Origin: Candidatus Omnitrophota bacterium
GTDB taxonomy: Bacteria > Omnitrophota > Gorgyraeia > Duberdicusellales > 4484-171
Length of the DNA stretch: 54,032 nt
Direction: 5' to 3'
Assembly (NCBI GenBank): GCA_023135905.1
Contig: JAGLSE010000029.1
Location: 1 to 54,032, forward strand
The notes under the pieces: generated by a model
Databases searched by the model: none
Seen by the model: the letters and a program-made list of their open reading frames with translations, nothing else
Told to the model about the DNA's origin: nothing
Part shown: positions 9,297 to 19,142 of the stretch, in pieces
Layout of the letters: each line of letters starts with the position of its first letter
Position numbering within the stretch: the first letter of the stretch is position 1
Made by a program: the position numbers and the translations under genes

Positions 9297-9986
9297 ATGG
9301 AGGGTATTTTTGTTACAGGAACTGATACCGGAGTAGGGAAAACGATTGTTACCGGTCTTCTGGCTGACTTTTTATCAAAACATGGGTATAATTGTGTTAC
9401 CCAGAAATGGGTAGAAACCGGCAGTAAATTTTTTTCTCAAGATATTAAATCCCATTTGAAGTTAATGAGAAAAAATGAAAGTTTTTTTTCATCTCATTTA
9501 TCTTTTATGTCGCCATATGTTTTTAAATTTCCTTCATCACCGCATTTGTCTGCTCGATTAGAGAATAAAATTATTAGAATAGAAAAAATTAAAAAAAGTT
9601 ATAAATATTTAGCGGGTAAATTTGAATTTGTTATAGTAGAGGGAGCAGGTGGGGTTTTAGTGCCTATTAATAAAAAAACTTTTTTAATAGATATAGTGAA
9701 AAGGTTAAAATTAGGAGTAGTAGTTGTTGTTGGGAATAAACTGGGAGCTATTAACCATACTTTTTTAACTATAGAAGCTTTGAACTTAAGAAAAATAAAA
9801 ATATTAGGGATTGTTTTTAATAATTTTTTGCAAGGAGAGAACGAAAATATTTTAAAAGATAATGCTAAAATAGTAAAGGAATTGTCAAAAGAAAATATAT
9901 TGGGAGTTTTGTCTTTTGCAAAAGATGTGGAGACTTTATATAATAAATTTAAGCTTATAGGTAAGAATATTTTAAAATTATATTAA
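9297..9986 (+). CDS. bioD: Dethiobiotin synthetase
   Basis: P-loop GTDTGVGKT and VEGAGG motif; bio operon context. Confidence 0.9.
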   Translation: MEGIFVTGTDTGVGKTIVTGLLADFLSKHGYNCVTQKWVETGSKFFSQDIKSHLKLMRKNESFFSSHLSFMSPYVFKFPSSPHLSARLENKIIRIEKIKKSYKYLAGKFEFVIVEGAGGVLVPINKKTFLIDIVKRLKLGVVVVVGNKLGAINHTFLTIEALNLRKIKILGIVFNNFLQGENENILKDNAKIVKELSKENILGVLSFAKDVETLYNKFKLIGKNILKLY

Positions 9987-9999
9987 TAAGAAAAATAAA

Positions 10000-11340
10000 A
10001 TGAATAAATGGTTAAAAAAAGATTTACAGTATAATTGGCACCCGTATACACAGATGAAAGATTGTTTAAGTAATCCCCCTATTTTAATCGAAAGGGCTAA
10101 GGGGATAAAACTATATGATGATAAAGGTAATTTTTATTATGATACGATTTCTAGTTGGTGGTGTAATATTCATGGACACAACCATCCGGAAATAAAAAAA
10201 GCTATAATTAATCAATTGAAATCTTTAGATCATATTCTTTTTGCCGGATTTACTCATAAATCGGCTATCAAATTAGCCGAAAAATTAGTTTCTATATCCC
10301 CAGATAATCTTACTAAAGTTTTTTTTTCAGATAACGGGTCAACTGCGGTTGAAATTGCTTTAAAAATGTCTTTTCAGTATTGGCAGAATGTTGACCAAAA
10401 ATCTAAACAAAAATTTGTTTCTTTAGATTATTCATATCATGGCGATACAGTAGGGGCAATGAGTGTTAGCGGGGTAGATTTGTTTAATGAAGTATTTAAC
10501 CCGTTATTTTTTAAATCAATTAAAATTCCTACCCCCTATTGCTACAGGTGTCCTGTGGGAAGGGAAAGAACTAATTGCGATATTGAATGTATTAAACCGG
10601 TAGAAGATTTATTTAAAACTAAAAACAAGGATATTGCTGGAATAATTTTAGAACCTTTAGTTATGGCGGCTGGAGGAATGATAATTTATCCGTCTAAATA
10701 TTTAAAAAGAGTAGCCAGTCTTGCTAAAAAATATAATATTCATTTAATCCTTGACGAGGTTGCCACAGGATTTGGGCGGACCGGTAAAATGTTTGCTTCT
10801 GAGCATGTTGATGTAGAGCCGGATTTAATGTGTATATCTAAAGGTATAACTTCAGGGTGTTTGCCTTTAAGTGCTACTTTAACAACTGAAGATATTTATA
10901 ATGCTTTTTATGCCGATTATGAAGATAAAAAAACATTTTATCATGGACATACTTATACAGCTAATCCTATATCATGTTCCGCGGCTTTAGCAAGTTTGAA
11001 GATATTTGAAGAGAATAATGTTTTAAAAAATGTTAATCTGCTTATTCCTGAGTTTCATAAGATGTTAAGAGAATTTAAAAAAATTGAAATAGTTGGTGAT
11101 GTGAGATGTATAGGTATGATTGGAGCCTTAGAATTAGTCAAAGATAGAGAAACAAAAGAAAAATTTAGTTTTAAAGATAGAATTGGCTTAAAGATTTATA
11201 AAGAAGGCTTAAAACAAAATTTGATACTACGACCTTTAGGAGATATAGTATATTTTTTTCTCCCTTTATCGATAAAACAAAAAGAGGTAGAATTAATTAT
11301 ATCTCGGACATTTAAGATAATAAAAAACTTAAAAGGATAA
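10000..11340 (+). CDS. bioA: Adenosylmethionine-8-amino-7-oxononanoate aminotransferase
   Basis: Class-III aminotransferase with HPYTQM, SSWWCNIHGH, DEVATGFGRTG and a SKGITSG PLP-lysine region. Confidence 0.92.
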   Translation: MNKWLKKDLQYNWHPYTQMKDCLSNPPILIERAKGIKLYDDKGNFYYDTISSWWCNIHGHNHPEIKKAIINQLKSLDHILFAGFTHKSAIKLAEKLVSISPDNLTKVFFSDNGSTAVEIALKMSFQYWQNVDQKSKQKFVSLDYSYHGDTVGAMSVSGVDLFNEVFNPLFFKSIKIPTPYCYRCPVGRERTNCDIECIKPVEDLFKTKNKDIAGIILEPLVMAAGGMIIYPSKYLKRVASLAKKYNIHLILDEVATGFGRTGKMFASEHVDVEPDLMCISKGITSGCLPLSATLTTEDIYNAFYADYEDKKTFYHGHTYTANPISCSAALASLKIFEENNVLKNVNLLIPEFHKMLREFKKIEIVGDVRCIGMIGALELVKDRETKEKFSFKDRIGLKIYKEGLKQNLILRPLGDIVYFFLPLSIKQKEVELIISRTFKIIKNLKG

Positions 11341-11486
11341 TTTGATAAAAATGAAAAACAGCTTATTAATAAAATTAAAAGTCATTATCAATTCGATAGT
11401 GCAAGGATATATCTGAAATATTAAATAAAAGGTTGTATGAAAAAAGATAAATATTTAAAACAAAATTTTGAGTAAAGGAGAAAACT

Positions 11487-11890
11487 GTATTTTTCAATTT
11501 TCAATAATTTAACTGGAAGCTATGCTATAGTATCAAATTATCTCGGAACAAATTGGAGAGGTTTTAAGACAAATGTGAAAATAAGGGGTATTAATCGCGA
11601 AATTATTGATACTCCGGATATGTATTCTTTCTTCTTATAAGTGAGGAAGAAAGGATAACCAGATTGGTCATTCTTAATAATCGGTCTGATTTGGTTATTT
11701 ATGGTGGTGCAGCAAAAAGGTTAGAAAGGAATTTGCAACTTATTATTCAGTTAATTGAAGCAGGGTTGCAGGTTATATTAGGACTAAATATTTTTGATGA
11801 AGTTTAAAAAAAAGGGATAGATATTGATTTGAAGGAATTGAAACAATTTTTAGGAATCCCGGTTGTGGCTACGGTTTTGGCGAGGGTGTT
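11487..11890 (+). pseudogene. feoB: Eroded ferrous iron transporter FeoB G-domain remnant
   Basis: Reads LFSIFNNLTGSYAIVSNYLGTNWRGFKTNVKIRGINREIIDTPDMYSF, then SEEERITRLVILNNRSDLVIYGGAAKRLERNLQLIIQLIEAGLQVILGLNIFDEV*KKGIDIDLKELKQFLGIPVVATV. This is colinear with the FeoB G-domain (LTG..V.N.PG.T.E...G, DLPG.YSL, ERNL.L..QL.E.G.P....LNM.DEA.K.GI.ID...L...LG.PVV). The Walker A motif is missing, there is a frameshift and an in-frame stop, and the whole membrane domain is absent. Confidence 0.7.
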
Positions 11891-11917
11891 ATTGTTGCAT
11901 TTATTTTATTTACTGTT

Positions 11918-12381
11918 TTATTCGAGAACCTCACCTTCAGGAGTAACTTTAAATTTGTATTGTTCCTTTTTTAATATTCTTTTTATCAAATAAAATTTTT
12001 TCTCAGATTTTGTAATAATTCTTGCTTCTATTAATTTGATTCCTTCAATCTTTTTTTTAGCAACATTAATAATAATTTAAGGGACTTCTGATAAATCTAT
12101 TTTCTTTTCACAAAGAGATTCAATAATATTGCCTTGAGGAGTAACTTGAAATTCGTATTTTTCCTCTTTAAATTTTCCTTCTATCTCCTAAATTTTTTTT
12201 CAGATTTTGTAATAATTTTTGCTTCTATTAACTTAGTTCCTTTCAATTTATTATGGATAGCATCTCTAACGTTTTGAGGGATTAGGAATATAGCAATTTC
12301 CTTTTCTCTGGCAAATTATATATCTGATACCAGTCCAATAAGCGTTAAAGATATCAGCGTAATTTTTATAAACAGCATCAT
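11918..12381 (-). pseudogene. Eroded secreted protein with two tandem PepSY-like repeats
   Basis: The minus strand reads MMLFIKITLISLTLIGLVSDI*...IPQNVRDAIHNKLKGTKLIEAKIITKSEKKF..*...VAKKKIEGIKLIEARIITKSEKKFYLIKRILKKEQYKFKVTPEGEVLE*. Stops and frameshifts interrupt it. The two ~198-bp DNA units (about 11934-12050 and 12132-12248) are highly similar. Confidence 0.55.
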
Positions 12382-12661
12382 TATTTACCTTTGTTTTTTA
12401 AATTTTTATGCATAACGAGAAAATAAACTGCCATTGAAGCCGCTTTAGCGACGTTAATGGTTTGATTATATGTATATTTTATTTGGTTCTATATTGCCAA
12501 TTTTATCAGGACTTCCAGTATTTTTATTGCATTACATGTGAAATTGTCTTTTTGCCTGTAATGATATTATTTTTGTTGTTGTATTTTGATTATTTGGTAA
12601 CATGTTGATACATTTTATCCTCATTTGTAATTTCTGATATCTGCTGATAATATTTATTGAT

Positions 12662-13492
12662 TTATTGATCTGTATTTTTGGTGTCGGATTCTATTTCTAC
12701 AGGTGATTCGACGTTTGGTTCTGCTTTTGTTTCTTTTATTATTTTGGAAGCAAAGACTAACCAGCCCGTATGGCAGGGCATTCTTTGTTCGGGCCGGGTT
12801 TTACCTCGTCTAACTAAAATCTTCCTTAATTGTACTTCCATGGATTCTATATTTATAAATCCTTTTTCTTCTAAGGTGAATACAGTTTTGGTTAATTGTT
12901 CGAAGGTAGGGCATATCGTGGCTAATCGTGCTCCGCCTTTTAAAGATTTATAGGCCGCATCAATTAAATCCCAAGGGCTTCCTATATCGATCATTATAAA
13001 ATCAGCTTCTTTTTCGGGATATTCATCGATTACTTCTAAATGATTGAATTCTACCCATTCACTTAAGCCATTTTTTTCTAGATTTTTTTTGGCATTATTT
13101 AGAAATTCTACGTTTCTTTCATAACTATGAACTTTTCCGTTTGGCCGGACGAAATTAGCCATGGCTGTTGTTAAGGCTCCGCTGCCGATGCCGGATTCTA
13201 TAACTTTGGCTCCTGGGAATATATTTGCTTTGGTAAGAATTATTCCTATATCTTTAGGGTATATTATTTGGGTTTGTCTTCGTACTTTCATTATCATTTC
13301 ATGGAGATAAGGCCTTAAAATATAGAAAGGTATCCCTAGATTTGTTTCGATTTTTTCCCCGAATTTTTTCCCGATTATGTCAGAGGTTTTAAAGAAACCT
13401 TTATCAGTATGTAGGGTGTTTTTTCCTACTTTTAAGAGAAAGTTTCTCTTTTCATCGTTATATAAGTATACAAGGTCGCAATTTTTTATCAT
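12662..13492 (-). CDS. trmI: tRNA (adenine58-N1)-methyltransferase TrmI (GCD14 family)
   Basis: N-terminal GD.V-type beta domain, then IIYPKD, the SAM motif VIESGIGSGALT and DIGSPW. The longest ORF extends to a TTG at 13528. ATG at 13492 (MIKNCDLVYL...) fits family N-termini best. This is the only minus-strand gene. Confidence 0.85.
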   Translation of the reverse strand: MIKNCDLVYLYNDEKRNFLLKVGKNTLHTDKGFFKTSDIIGKKFGEKIETNLGIPFYILRPYLHEMIMKVRRQTQIIYPKDIGIILTKANIFPGAKVIESGIGSGALTTAMANFVRPNGKVHSYERNVEFLNNAKKNLEKNGLSEWVEFNHLEVIDEYPEKEADFIMIDIGSPWDLIDAAYKSLKGGARLATICPTFEQLTKTVFTLEEKGFINIESMEVQLRKILVRRGKTRPEQRMPCHTGWLVFASKIIKETKAEPNVESPVEIESDTKNTDQ

Positions 13493-13653
13493 AGTATATG
13501 ATAATATCATGATAAAAATATCTTGCAAGGATATATTCTTTGTATTAAACTCTTTAAAAGTAACTAAAATAGTGTATACTTGTTAAGTTCTGGAAAATGT
13601 ATGTTTATAGATGTTTTAATCATTAAGAATTAAATTAAAAAGGCATAGAAATT

Positions 13654-14847
13654 ATGAAGTATATTGTTGTTGTTTTAGATGGCGCAAGTGATTATCCTAT
13701 AGATATTTTGGGTAATAAAACTCCTTTAGAGGTAGCAGAAATTCCATTTATGGATTCTTTAGCCAAAGAAGGTCTTGTGGGAAGGGTAAAAACCGTTCCT
13801 AAAGGGTTTATTCCTTCGAGTGATGTGGCTAATCTTTCTTTATTGGGTTATGACCCTAATCTTTATTATTCAGGAAGAGGTCCTTTGGAGGCAGCTAATT
13901 TAGGTGTAACTTTGGCAGAGGATGATTTAGCTTTGAGATGTAATCTAATTACTAAAGCGGAGAACAAACTTTTTGATTATAGTGCTGGTCATATAACAAA
14001 TAAAGAATCTAAAATTATTATGGAGCATGTAAATAAAAATTTAGGAACAGATAAAATTAAATTTGTTTTTGGAACCAGTTATCGTAACCTTATGGTTTTT
14101 AAAGGCGGGAAAAAATTGGGTTTAGAGAAATTAAAATATTTTGCGCCTCATGATATTATGGGGAAAGAAATAACAAAATATTTGCCTAAAGGTAAAAATA
14201 GTGAAGTTCTTATTGATCTTATGAAACGTTCTAATAAAATTTTAGAAAATCATGAAATCAATCGAGTAAGAATAGATTTAGGAGAGAATCCCGCTAATAT
14301 GATTTGGCTTTGGGGGTGTGGGGGTAAGCCTTCTATGCCTTTTTTTGAAGATCATTTTGGGATTAAAGGCGCTGTAATATCTGCAGTGGATTTAATAAAA
14401 GGTATAGGCAGAATAATTGGCCTTAAAGTCTTAGATGTAGAAGGGGCCAATGGGTATTACGACACTAATTATTTGGGAAAAGCTCAAGCTGCTTTAGAAG
14501 TTCTTAAAGAGTTGGATTTTGTTTTTATTCATATAGAAGCAACCGATGAGGCTGGACATAATCAGGATTTAAGAATGAAGATTACTTGTCTGGAAAGAAT
14601 AGATAAACTGGTGGTTAGAACTCTTCTAGAAGGGTTAAAAGGTCAAAATTTCAAAATTTTAATAACTCCGGATCACCCTACTCCGATAGCATTAAGGACT
14701 CATACCGATGAGCCGGTTCCTTTTTTGATATCAGGTTCTGGAATAGAAAAGGGAGAGTTTTCTTCATATTCTGAAGTTGAAGCTCAAAACAGTTCTTTAT
14801 ATTTTGAAAAAGGTGTCGATTTGTTAAGTTTCTTTTTAAAGAAATAA
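13654..14847 (+). CDS. Cofactor-independent phosphoglycerate mutase, archaeal-type (ApgM) family; possibly the proposed homoserine kinase clade
   Basis: MKYIVVVLDGASDYP..LGNKTPLEVA..P.MD.LA..G, HIEATDEAGH and TPDHPTP metal-site motifs of the alkaline-phosphatase-superfamily ApgM family. It lies next to aspartate kinase. Confidence 0.8.
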   Translation: MKYIVVVLDGASDYPIDILGNKTPLEVAEIPFMDSLAKEGLVGRVKTVPKGFIPSSDVANLSLLGYDPNLYYSGRGPLEAANLGVTLAEDDLALRCNLITKAENKLFDYSAGHITNKESKIIMEHVNKNLGTDKIKFVFGTSYRNLMVFKGGKKLGLEKLKYFAPHDIMGKEITKYLPKGKNSEVLIDLMKRSNKILENHEINRVRIDLGENPANMIWLWGCGGKPSMPFFEDHFGIKGAVISAVDLIKGIGRIIGLKVLDVEGANGYYDTNYLGKAQAALEVLKELDFVFIHIEATDEAGHNQDLRMKITCLERIDKLVVRTLLEGLKGQNFKILITPDHPTPIALRTHTDEPVPFLISGSGIEKGEFSSYSEVEAQNSSLYFEKGVDLLSFFLKK

Positions 14848-14951
14848 ATAAATTATTTTTTTTGGAAGGAATATTGTCTGTTTTTAATCGTTTCGTTGGG
14901 CTTAATAATTTTAGGAATATTTACGATATTAGAATTTAGGAAGTTAGTAAA

Positions 14952-16187
14952 ATGCAAAATAAATTAAAAAATAAAATTATAATTCAAAAGTATGGAGGAA
15001 GTTCAGTCGCTAATGTCGAATGTGTTGAAAATGTTGCACGAAGGATAATTTTTTATATTAAAAAAGGTTGTAAGGTTATAGTTGTTCTTTCAGCTATGGG
15101 TGATACTACTGATGAGTTAGTTGTTTTAGCAAAAAAAATAAACCCAAATCCGTCTGAGAGAGAGATGGATATGTTGGTTTCAACAGGGGAACAGATATCT
15201 TGCTCTTTATTGGCTATGGCTTTACATAAAAAAAAAGTTGAGGCTATATCTCTTACCGGCTCTCAGGTAGGAATAATTACAGATACTTATCATAGCCAAG
15301 CTAAGATCTTAAAGATCGAAGCTGATCGTATAAAAAAAGAGTTAACTAAAGGTAAAGTTGTTATAGTAACCGGGTTTCAGGGGGTAAGTACAGATTTTGA
15401 AATAACTACCCTGGGAAGAGGCGGTTCAGATTTAAGTGCTGTAGCCTTAGCAGTCGCGATTAAAGCAGCTATGTGTGAAATATATACCGATGTAGAAGGT
15501 ATATATACCGCGGATCCTAGAATTGTTTTGGACGCAAAAAAGATAAATTATATAACTTTTGATGAAATGCTTGAACTTGCTTCCAGAGGTGCTAAAATTA
15601 TGCATACTAGGGCTGTTGAAGTAGCTAAAAAATTTAATATTCCTTTACATGTTCGGAGCAGTTTTTCTAAAAAGGAGGGCACATTAATTATGGAAAAAAC
15701 ACCGGTAATTGAAGAAGCTGTAGTAAGAGGAGTGGCTCTTACGGATAATGAAGTGAAAATAACTTTATGTAATGTTTTAGACAAACCAGGTATTGCTGCT
15801 CATGTGTTTAATGACTTGGCTTGTGAAAATATAAATGTAGATATGATAGTTCAGAATGTAAGTCATAAAAATGCTACAGACATTTCTTTTACTGTACCTA
15901 AAAAAGATCTGGCTAAGACTATTAAAATATCTAAAAAGATTTCTAAAGATATTGGGTCAGGAGAAGTTAGTTTTGATGAAAATATTGCTAAGGTTTCTAT
16001 TGTGGGGGTGGGGATGAGGTCTCATTCCGGGGTTGCGGCAAAGTGTTTTTCAGTGCTTGCGAAGAATAAGATAAACATTGATATGATATCTACTTCTGAG
16101 ATAAGTATATCTTGTGTTATAAAAAAAGATTTAGGAAAAAAGGCTTTAAGAATTCTTCATAAAATTTTCGGGTTACATAAAATTTAA
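14952..16187 (+). CDS. lysC: Aspartate kinase (with C-terminal ACT domains)
   Basis: IIQKYGGSSV, VVVLSAMGDTTDEL, TLGRGGSDLSAVALA and YTDVEGIYTADPR motifs, plus two ACT-like repeats. Confidence 0.93.
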   Translation: MQNKLKNKIIIQKYGGSSVANVECVENVARRIIFYIKKGCKVIVVLSAMGDTTDELVVLAKKINPNPSEREMDMLVSTGEQISCSLLAMALHKKKVEAISLTGSQVGIITDTYHSQAKILKIEADRIKKELTKGKVVIVTGFQGVSTDFEITTLGRGGSDLSAVALAVAIKAAMCEIYTDVEGIYTADPRIVLDAKKINYITFDEMLELASRGAKIMHTRAVEVAKKFNIPLHVRSSFSKKEGTLIMEKTPVIEEAVVRGVALTDNEVKITLCNVLDKPGIAAHVFNDLACENINVDMIVQNVSHKNATDISFTVPKKDLAKTIKISKKISKDIGSGEVSFDENIAKVSIVGVGMRSHSGVAAKCFSVLAKNKINIDMISTSEISISCVIKKDLGKKALRILHKIFGLHKI

Positions 16188-16215
16188 TGTTTAGTTAAAA
16201 TAATTTATTTTTATT

Positions 16216-17574
16216 ATGGAAAATGAAAATCGAAGAATAAATAGACGAATTAAGTTTAGAGATGAAATCCAATATGAAAAGGTTTTTAAAGACGGGTCTT
16301 TTAGTATAGCTGTTTGCACTAAAGCAAAAGATATAACTAAGGAAGGTATTAGTTTTTATTTAGAAGAACCTCTGGAGTTAAATTCTGTAATTAGGATTAA
16401 AATGTTTAGAGAGTCTTCAGGAGGAATTTCTTATCTAGGCCGAGTAAGATGGGTTCAGATGGGTGATGATGAAATGAAATATCTTATCGGTGTAAAGATT
16501 GAAGATATAAGCGAAGATAGTAGGAAGAAACTTAATAAATTTTTAAATAGAGCTGATCTTTTTAAAGTTATAGATGAACTTAATTTAGAAAAGGTTGTTG
16601 ATTTACAATTAGTTTCAGGTTATCCTCCCATTCTTAAGAGAATTGGTAGTATGGAAATATCTAAAGTAGAACCTTTTACTGAAGAGTCATTAAGGTCAGC
16701 TTTATTGGATTGTTTAGATGCGAAACAATATAAACAGTTTTTGATAAATAAAGAAATGAATTTTGTTTTTGATTATAATGAAAAAATAAGATTTAGAGTT
16801 AATTTACATATGCAGATGGGTAAGGTGGAAGGAACTTTTAGGTTAATTCCTACTGAATCAGGTATACCGTCTGCTTTGGGATTACCGGTAATTGTAGATA
16901 AACTTATGGAAAATAAGAAAGGTCTTATTTTAATTGCCGGAAGAACAGGAGCAGGGAAAACTACAACTTTATCTTCAATGGTTGAGTTAATAAATAATAA
17001 AAAAGAAAATATAATCATTACCATAGAGGATCCTGTAGAGTATTTACATATAAATAAGAAATCGATTATAAAACAGCGGGAGGTGGGTAGAGATACTCTT
17101 TCATTTGCAAAAGCTGCTAAAAATGCTTTAAGGCAAAATCCTGATGTTTTGGTTATAGGTGAAATTTTGGATATGGAAACGATGGAAGTAGCTATATCAG
17201 CTGCGGAATCGGGAGTATTGGTTTTATCTTCGATTCATGGAGCTACTTCAATACAGGCTTTAGATAGAGTAACTTCATTCTTTCCTGCCGATATGCAGAA
17301 ACATATACTTAGTAGGTTAGCTTTAATGTTAAAAGGTGTTATTACTCAGGAATTATTGCCTAGATTAGATGGTGAAGGCCTTTTAATTGCCGCAGAAGTA
17401 TTAGTAATGAGCAGTGCTATGAAAAGATTGGTTAAAGAAGGAGAGTGGTATCAGATTCCTTCAATCATCGAAACCGGTAAAAATATGGGGATGCAGTCAA
17501 TGGAAGCGTCGATAATGAAGTATTATCATGATGGTTTAATAGATGGAGAATATATAAGAGAGTATATGAAATGA
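16216..17574 (+). CDS. PilZ-domain / PilT-like type IV pilus retraction ATPase fusion
   Basis: Residues 1-110 carry the PilZ motifs RRINRR (RxxxR) and DITKEG (D-x-S/T-x-x-G). Residues ~115-452 look like PilT/PilU: Walker A GRTGAGKTT, EDPVEY, Walker B DVLVIGEILD, His box SSIHGAT and a PilT-type AMKRLVKEGEWYQIPSIIETG motif. Confidence 0.82.
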   Translation: MENENRRINRRIKFRDEIQYEKVFKDGSFSIAVCTKAKDITKEGISFYLEEPLELNSVIRIKMFRESSGGISYLGRVRWVQMGDDEMKYLIGVKIEDISEDSRKKLNKFLNRADLFKVIDELNLEKVVDLQLVSGYPPILKRIGSMEISKVEPFTEESLRSALLDCLDAKQYKQFLINKEMNFVFDYNEKIRFRVNLHMQMGKVEGTFRLIPTESGIPSALGLPVIVDKLMENKKGLILIAGRTGAGKTTTLSSMVELINNKKENIIITIEDPVEYLHINKKSIIKQREVGRDTLSFAKAAKNALRQNPDVLVIGEILDMETMEVAISAAESGVLVLSSIHGATSIQALDRVTSFFPADMQKHILSRLALMLKGVITQELLPRLDGEGLLIAAEVLVMSSAMKRLVKEGEWYQIPSIIETGKNMGMQSMEASIMKYYHDGLIDGEYIREYMK

Positions 17575-19142
17575 AAAAAATAAGCATATATGATACAACT
17601 TTGAGAGACGGGTCTCAGACGGAAGGGATATCTCTTTCTTGTCAGGACAAAATTAATATTGCTAAGAAGCTGGATGGTTTTGGTATTGATTTTATTGAAG
17701 GGGGATGGCCTTACTCAAATCCTAAGGATAAAGAGTTTTTTGATTATTTCAAAAAAAATCCTCTTAGTAAAAGTAAGCTAGTTCCTTTCGGATCGACCGC
17801 TCATCCTTCAAAGCCGGCGATAGAGGATGCAAATCTTATTAGTTTGATTGAGTCAGAAACCGAATATGTTACTATTTTCGGCAAAACCTGGGATTTGCAT
17901 ATAGAAGAAGTTTTAAGAATAAGTTTAGACGCGAATTTAAAAATTATTTTTGATAGTGTAAGTTTTTTAAATGACAATAATAAACATGTTTTTTATGATG
18001 CCGAGCATTTTTTCGACGGGTATAAATCTAATCAAGAGTATGCGTTAAAAACAATAAAGGCAGCTCAAGATGCCGGGGCAGAGGTTATTATTTTTTGTGA
18101 TACTAACGGAGGGACTCTTCCCTGGGAGATTAAAAGTATAATTTCCGAAGTTCAATCTAAAATGTCTTTAGATAATTTTGGAATACATTGTCATAATGAT
18201 TTGGGATTGGCCGTTTCTAATTCTGTAATATCTTTAGATCAAGGATGTATTCATATCCAAGGTACAATTAACGGGTATGGAGAAAGATGCGGTAACGCGA
18301 ATTTAGTATCTATTTTAGGAATACTTCAACTGAAAATGGGATATGATCTTATCACACCGGAGAAAATGAAAAGTTTAACCCATTTGTCTCATTATGTAAG
18401 TGAAGTGTGTAATATGGTTCACCGGGATAATTATCCGATAGTAGGAAGAAGCGCTTTTGCTCATAAAGGAGGCATACATATTGATGCAGTAATAAAAAAT
18501 CCTTTAGCTTATGAACATATAGATGCTGCTTTTGTAGGTAATAAAAGAAGGTATGTGGTATCTGAATTAGCTGGGAAATCTACTTTAGTCGTGAAATCAA
18601 AAGAATTAGAGTTTGATTTGGATAAAAAATCCGATAAAGCCAAAGATTTACATAAACTAATTCAAAAATTAGAACAAGAAGGTTATCAATTTGAAGCTGC
18701 GGGAGGTTCTTTTAAATTATTATTGCAGAGAGAATTAAAGGAACATAAAAAGTTTTTTGATTTATTAGGGTTTAAAGTGGTTATTGAGAAAAGGGAAAAT
18801 AAATTAACCTCAGAAGCGGTTATTAAAGTAAAAATTAACGATAAAATTGAACATACTGCCTCGGATGGTGATGGTCCAGTTAATGCTTTGGATAATGCTT
18901 TGCGAAAAGCTTTAACTAAATTTTATCCTGAACTTTCTAAAATGCATTTAACTGATTTTAAAGTAAGAGTTCTTGATGAAAAAGGCGGTACTGCAGCTAA
19001 AGTAAGGGTTTTAATAGAGTCTCAAGATGAAGCTGATAGTTGGTCAACGATTGGTGTATCTGAAAATGTTATTGAGGCTTCTTGGCAGGCTTTAGCTGAT
19101 TCTGTAGAGTATAAACTTCTTAAAGATACCGGAAAAGTTTAA
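17571..19142 (+). CDS. cimA: (R)-citramalate synthase (LeuA-family, long form)
   Basis: ISIYDTTLRDGSQTEGISLS start, HCHND, and a 523-aa length with a C-terminal LeuA-dimer regulatory domain. This matches my recollection of the CimA clade. The ATGA start overlaps the upstream stop. Confidence 0.8.
   Translation: MKKISIYDTTLRDGSQTEGISLSCQDKINIAKKLDGFGIDFIEGGWPYSNPKDKEFFDYFKKNPLSKSKLVPFGSTAHPSKPAIEDANLISLIESETEYVTIFGKTWDLHIEEVLRISLDANLKIIFDSVSFLNDNNKHVFYDAEHFFDGYKSNQEYALKTIKAAQDAGAEVIIFCDTNGGTLPWEIKSIISEVQSKMSLDNFGIHCHNDLGLAVSNSVISLDQGCIHIQGTINGYGERCGNANLVSILGILQLKMGYDLITPEKMKSLTHLSHYVSEVCNMVHRDNYPIVGRSAFAHKGGIHIDAVIKNPLAYEHIDAAFVGNKRRYVVSELAGKSTLVVKSKELEFDLDKKSDKAKDLHKLIQKLEQEGYQFEAAGGSFKLLLQRELKEHKKFFDLLGFKVVIEKRENKLTSEAVIKVKINDKIEHTASDGDGPVNALDNALRKALTKFYPELSKMHLTDFKVRVLDEKGGTAAKVRVLIESQDEADSWSTIGVSENVIEASWQALADSVEYKLLKDTGKV

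Noticed and set aside
12678-13586. Plus-strand ORFs 12678-12953 and 13377-13586, overlapping trmI.
   Set aside because: They are antisense to the well-supported TrmI gene, have no SD, and give implausible low-complexity products.
14848-14951. Lysine (L-box) riboswitch or T-box upstream of lysC.
   Set aside because: The spacer is only 104 nt, with no L-box or T-box conserved blocks and no terminator/antiterminator pair.
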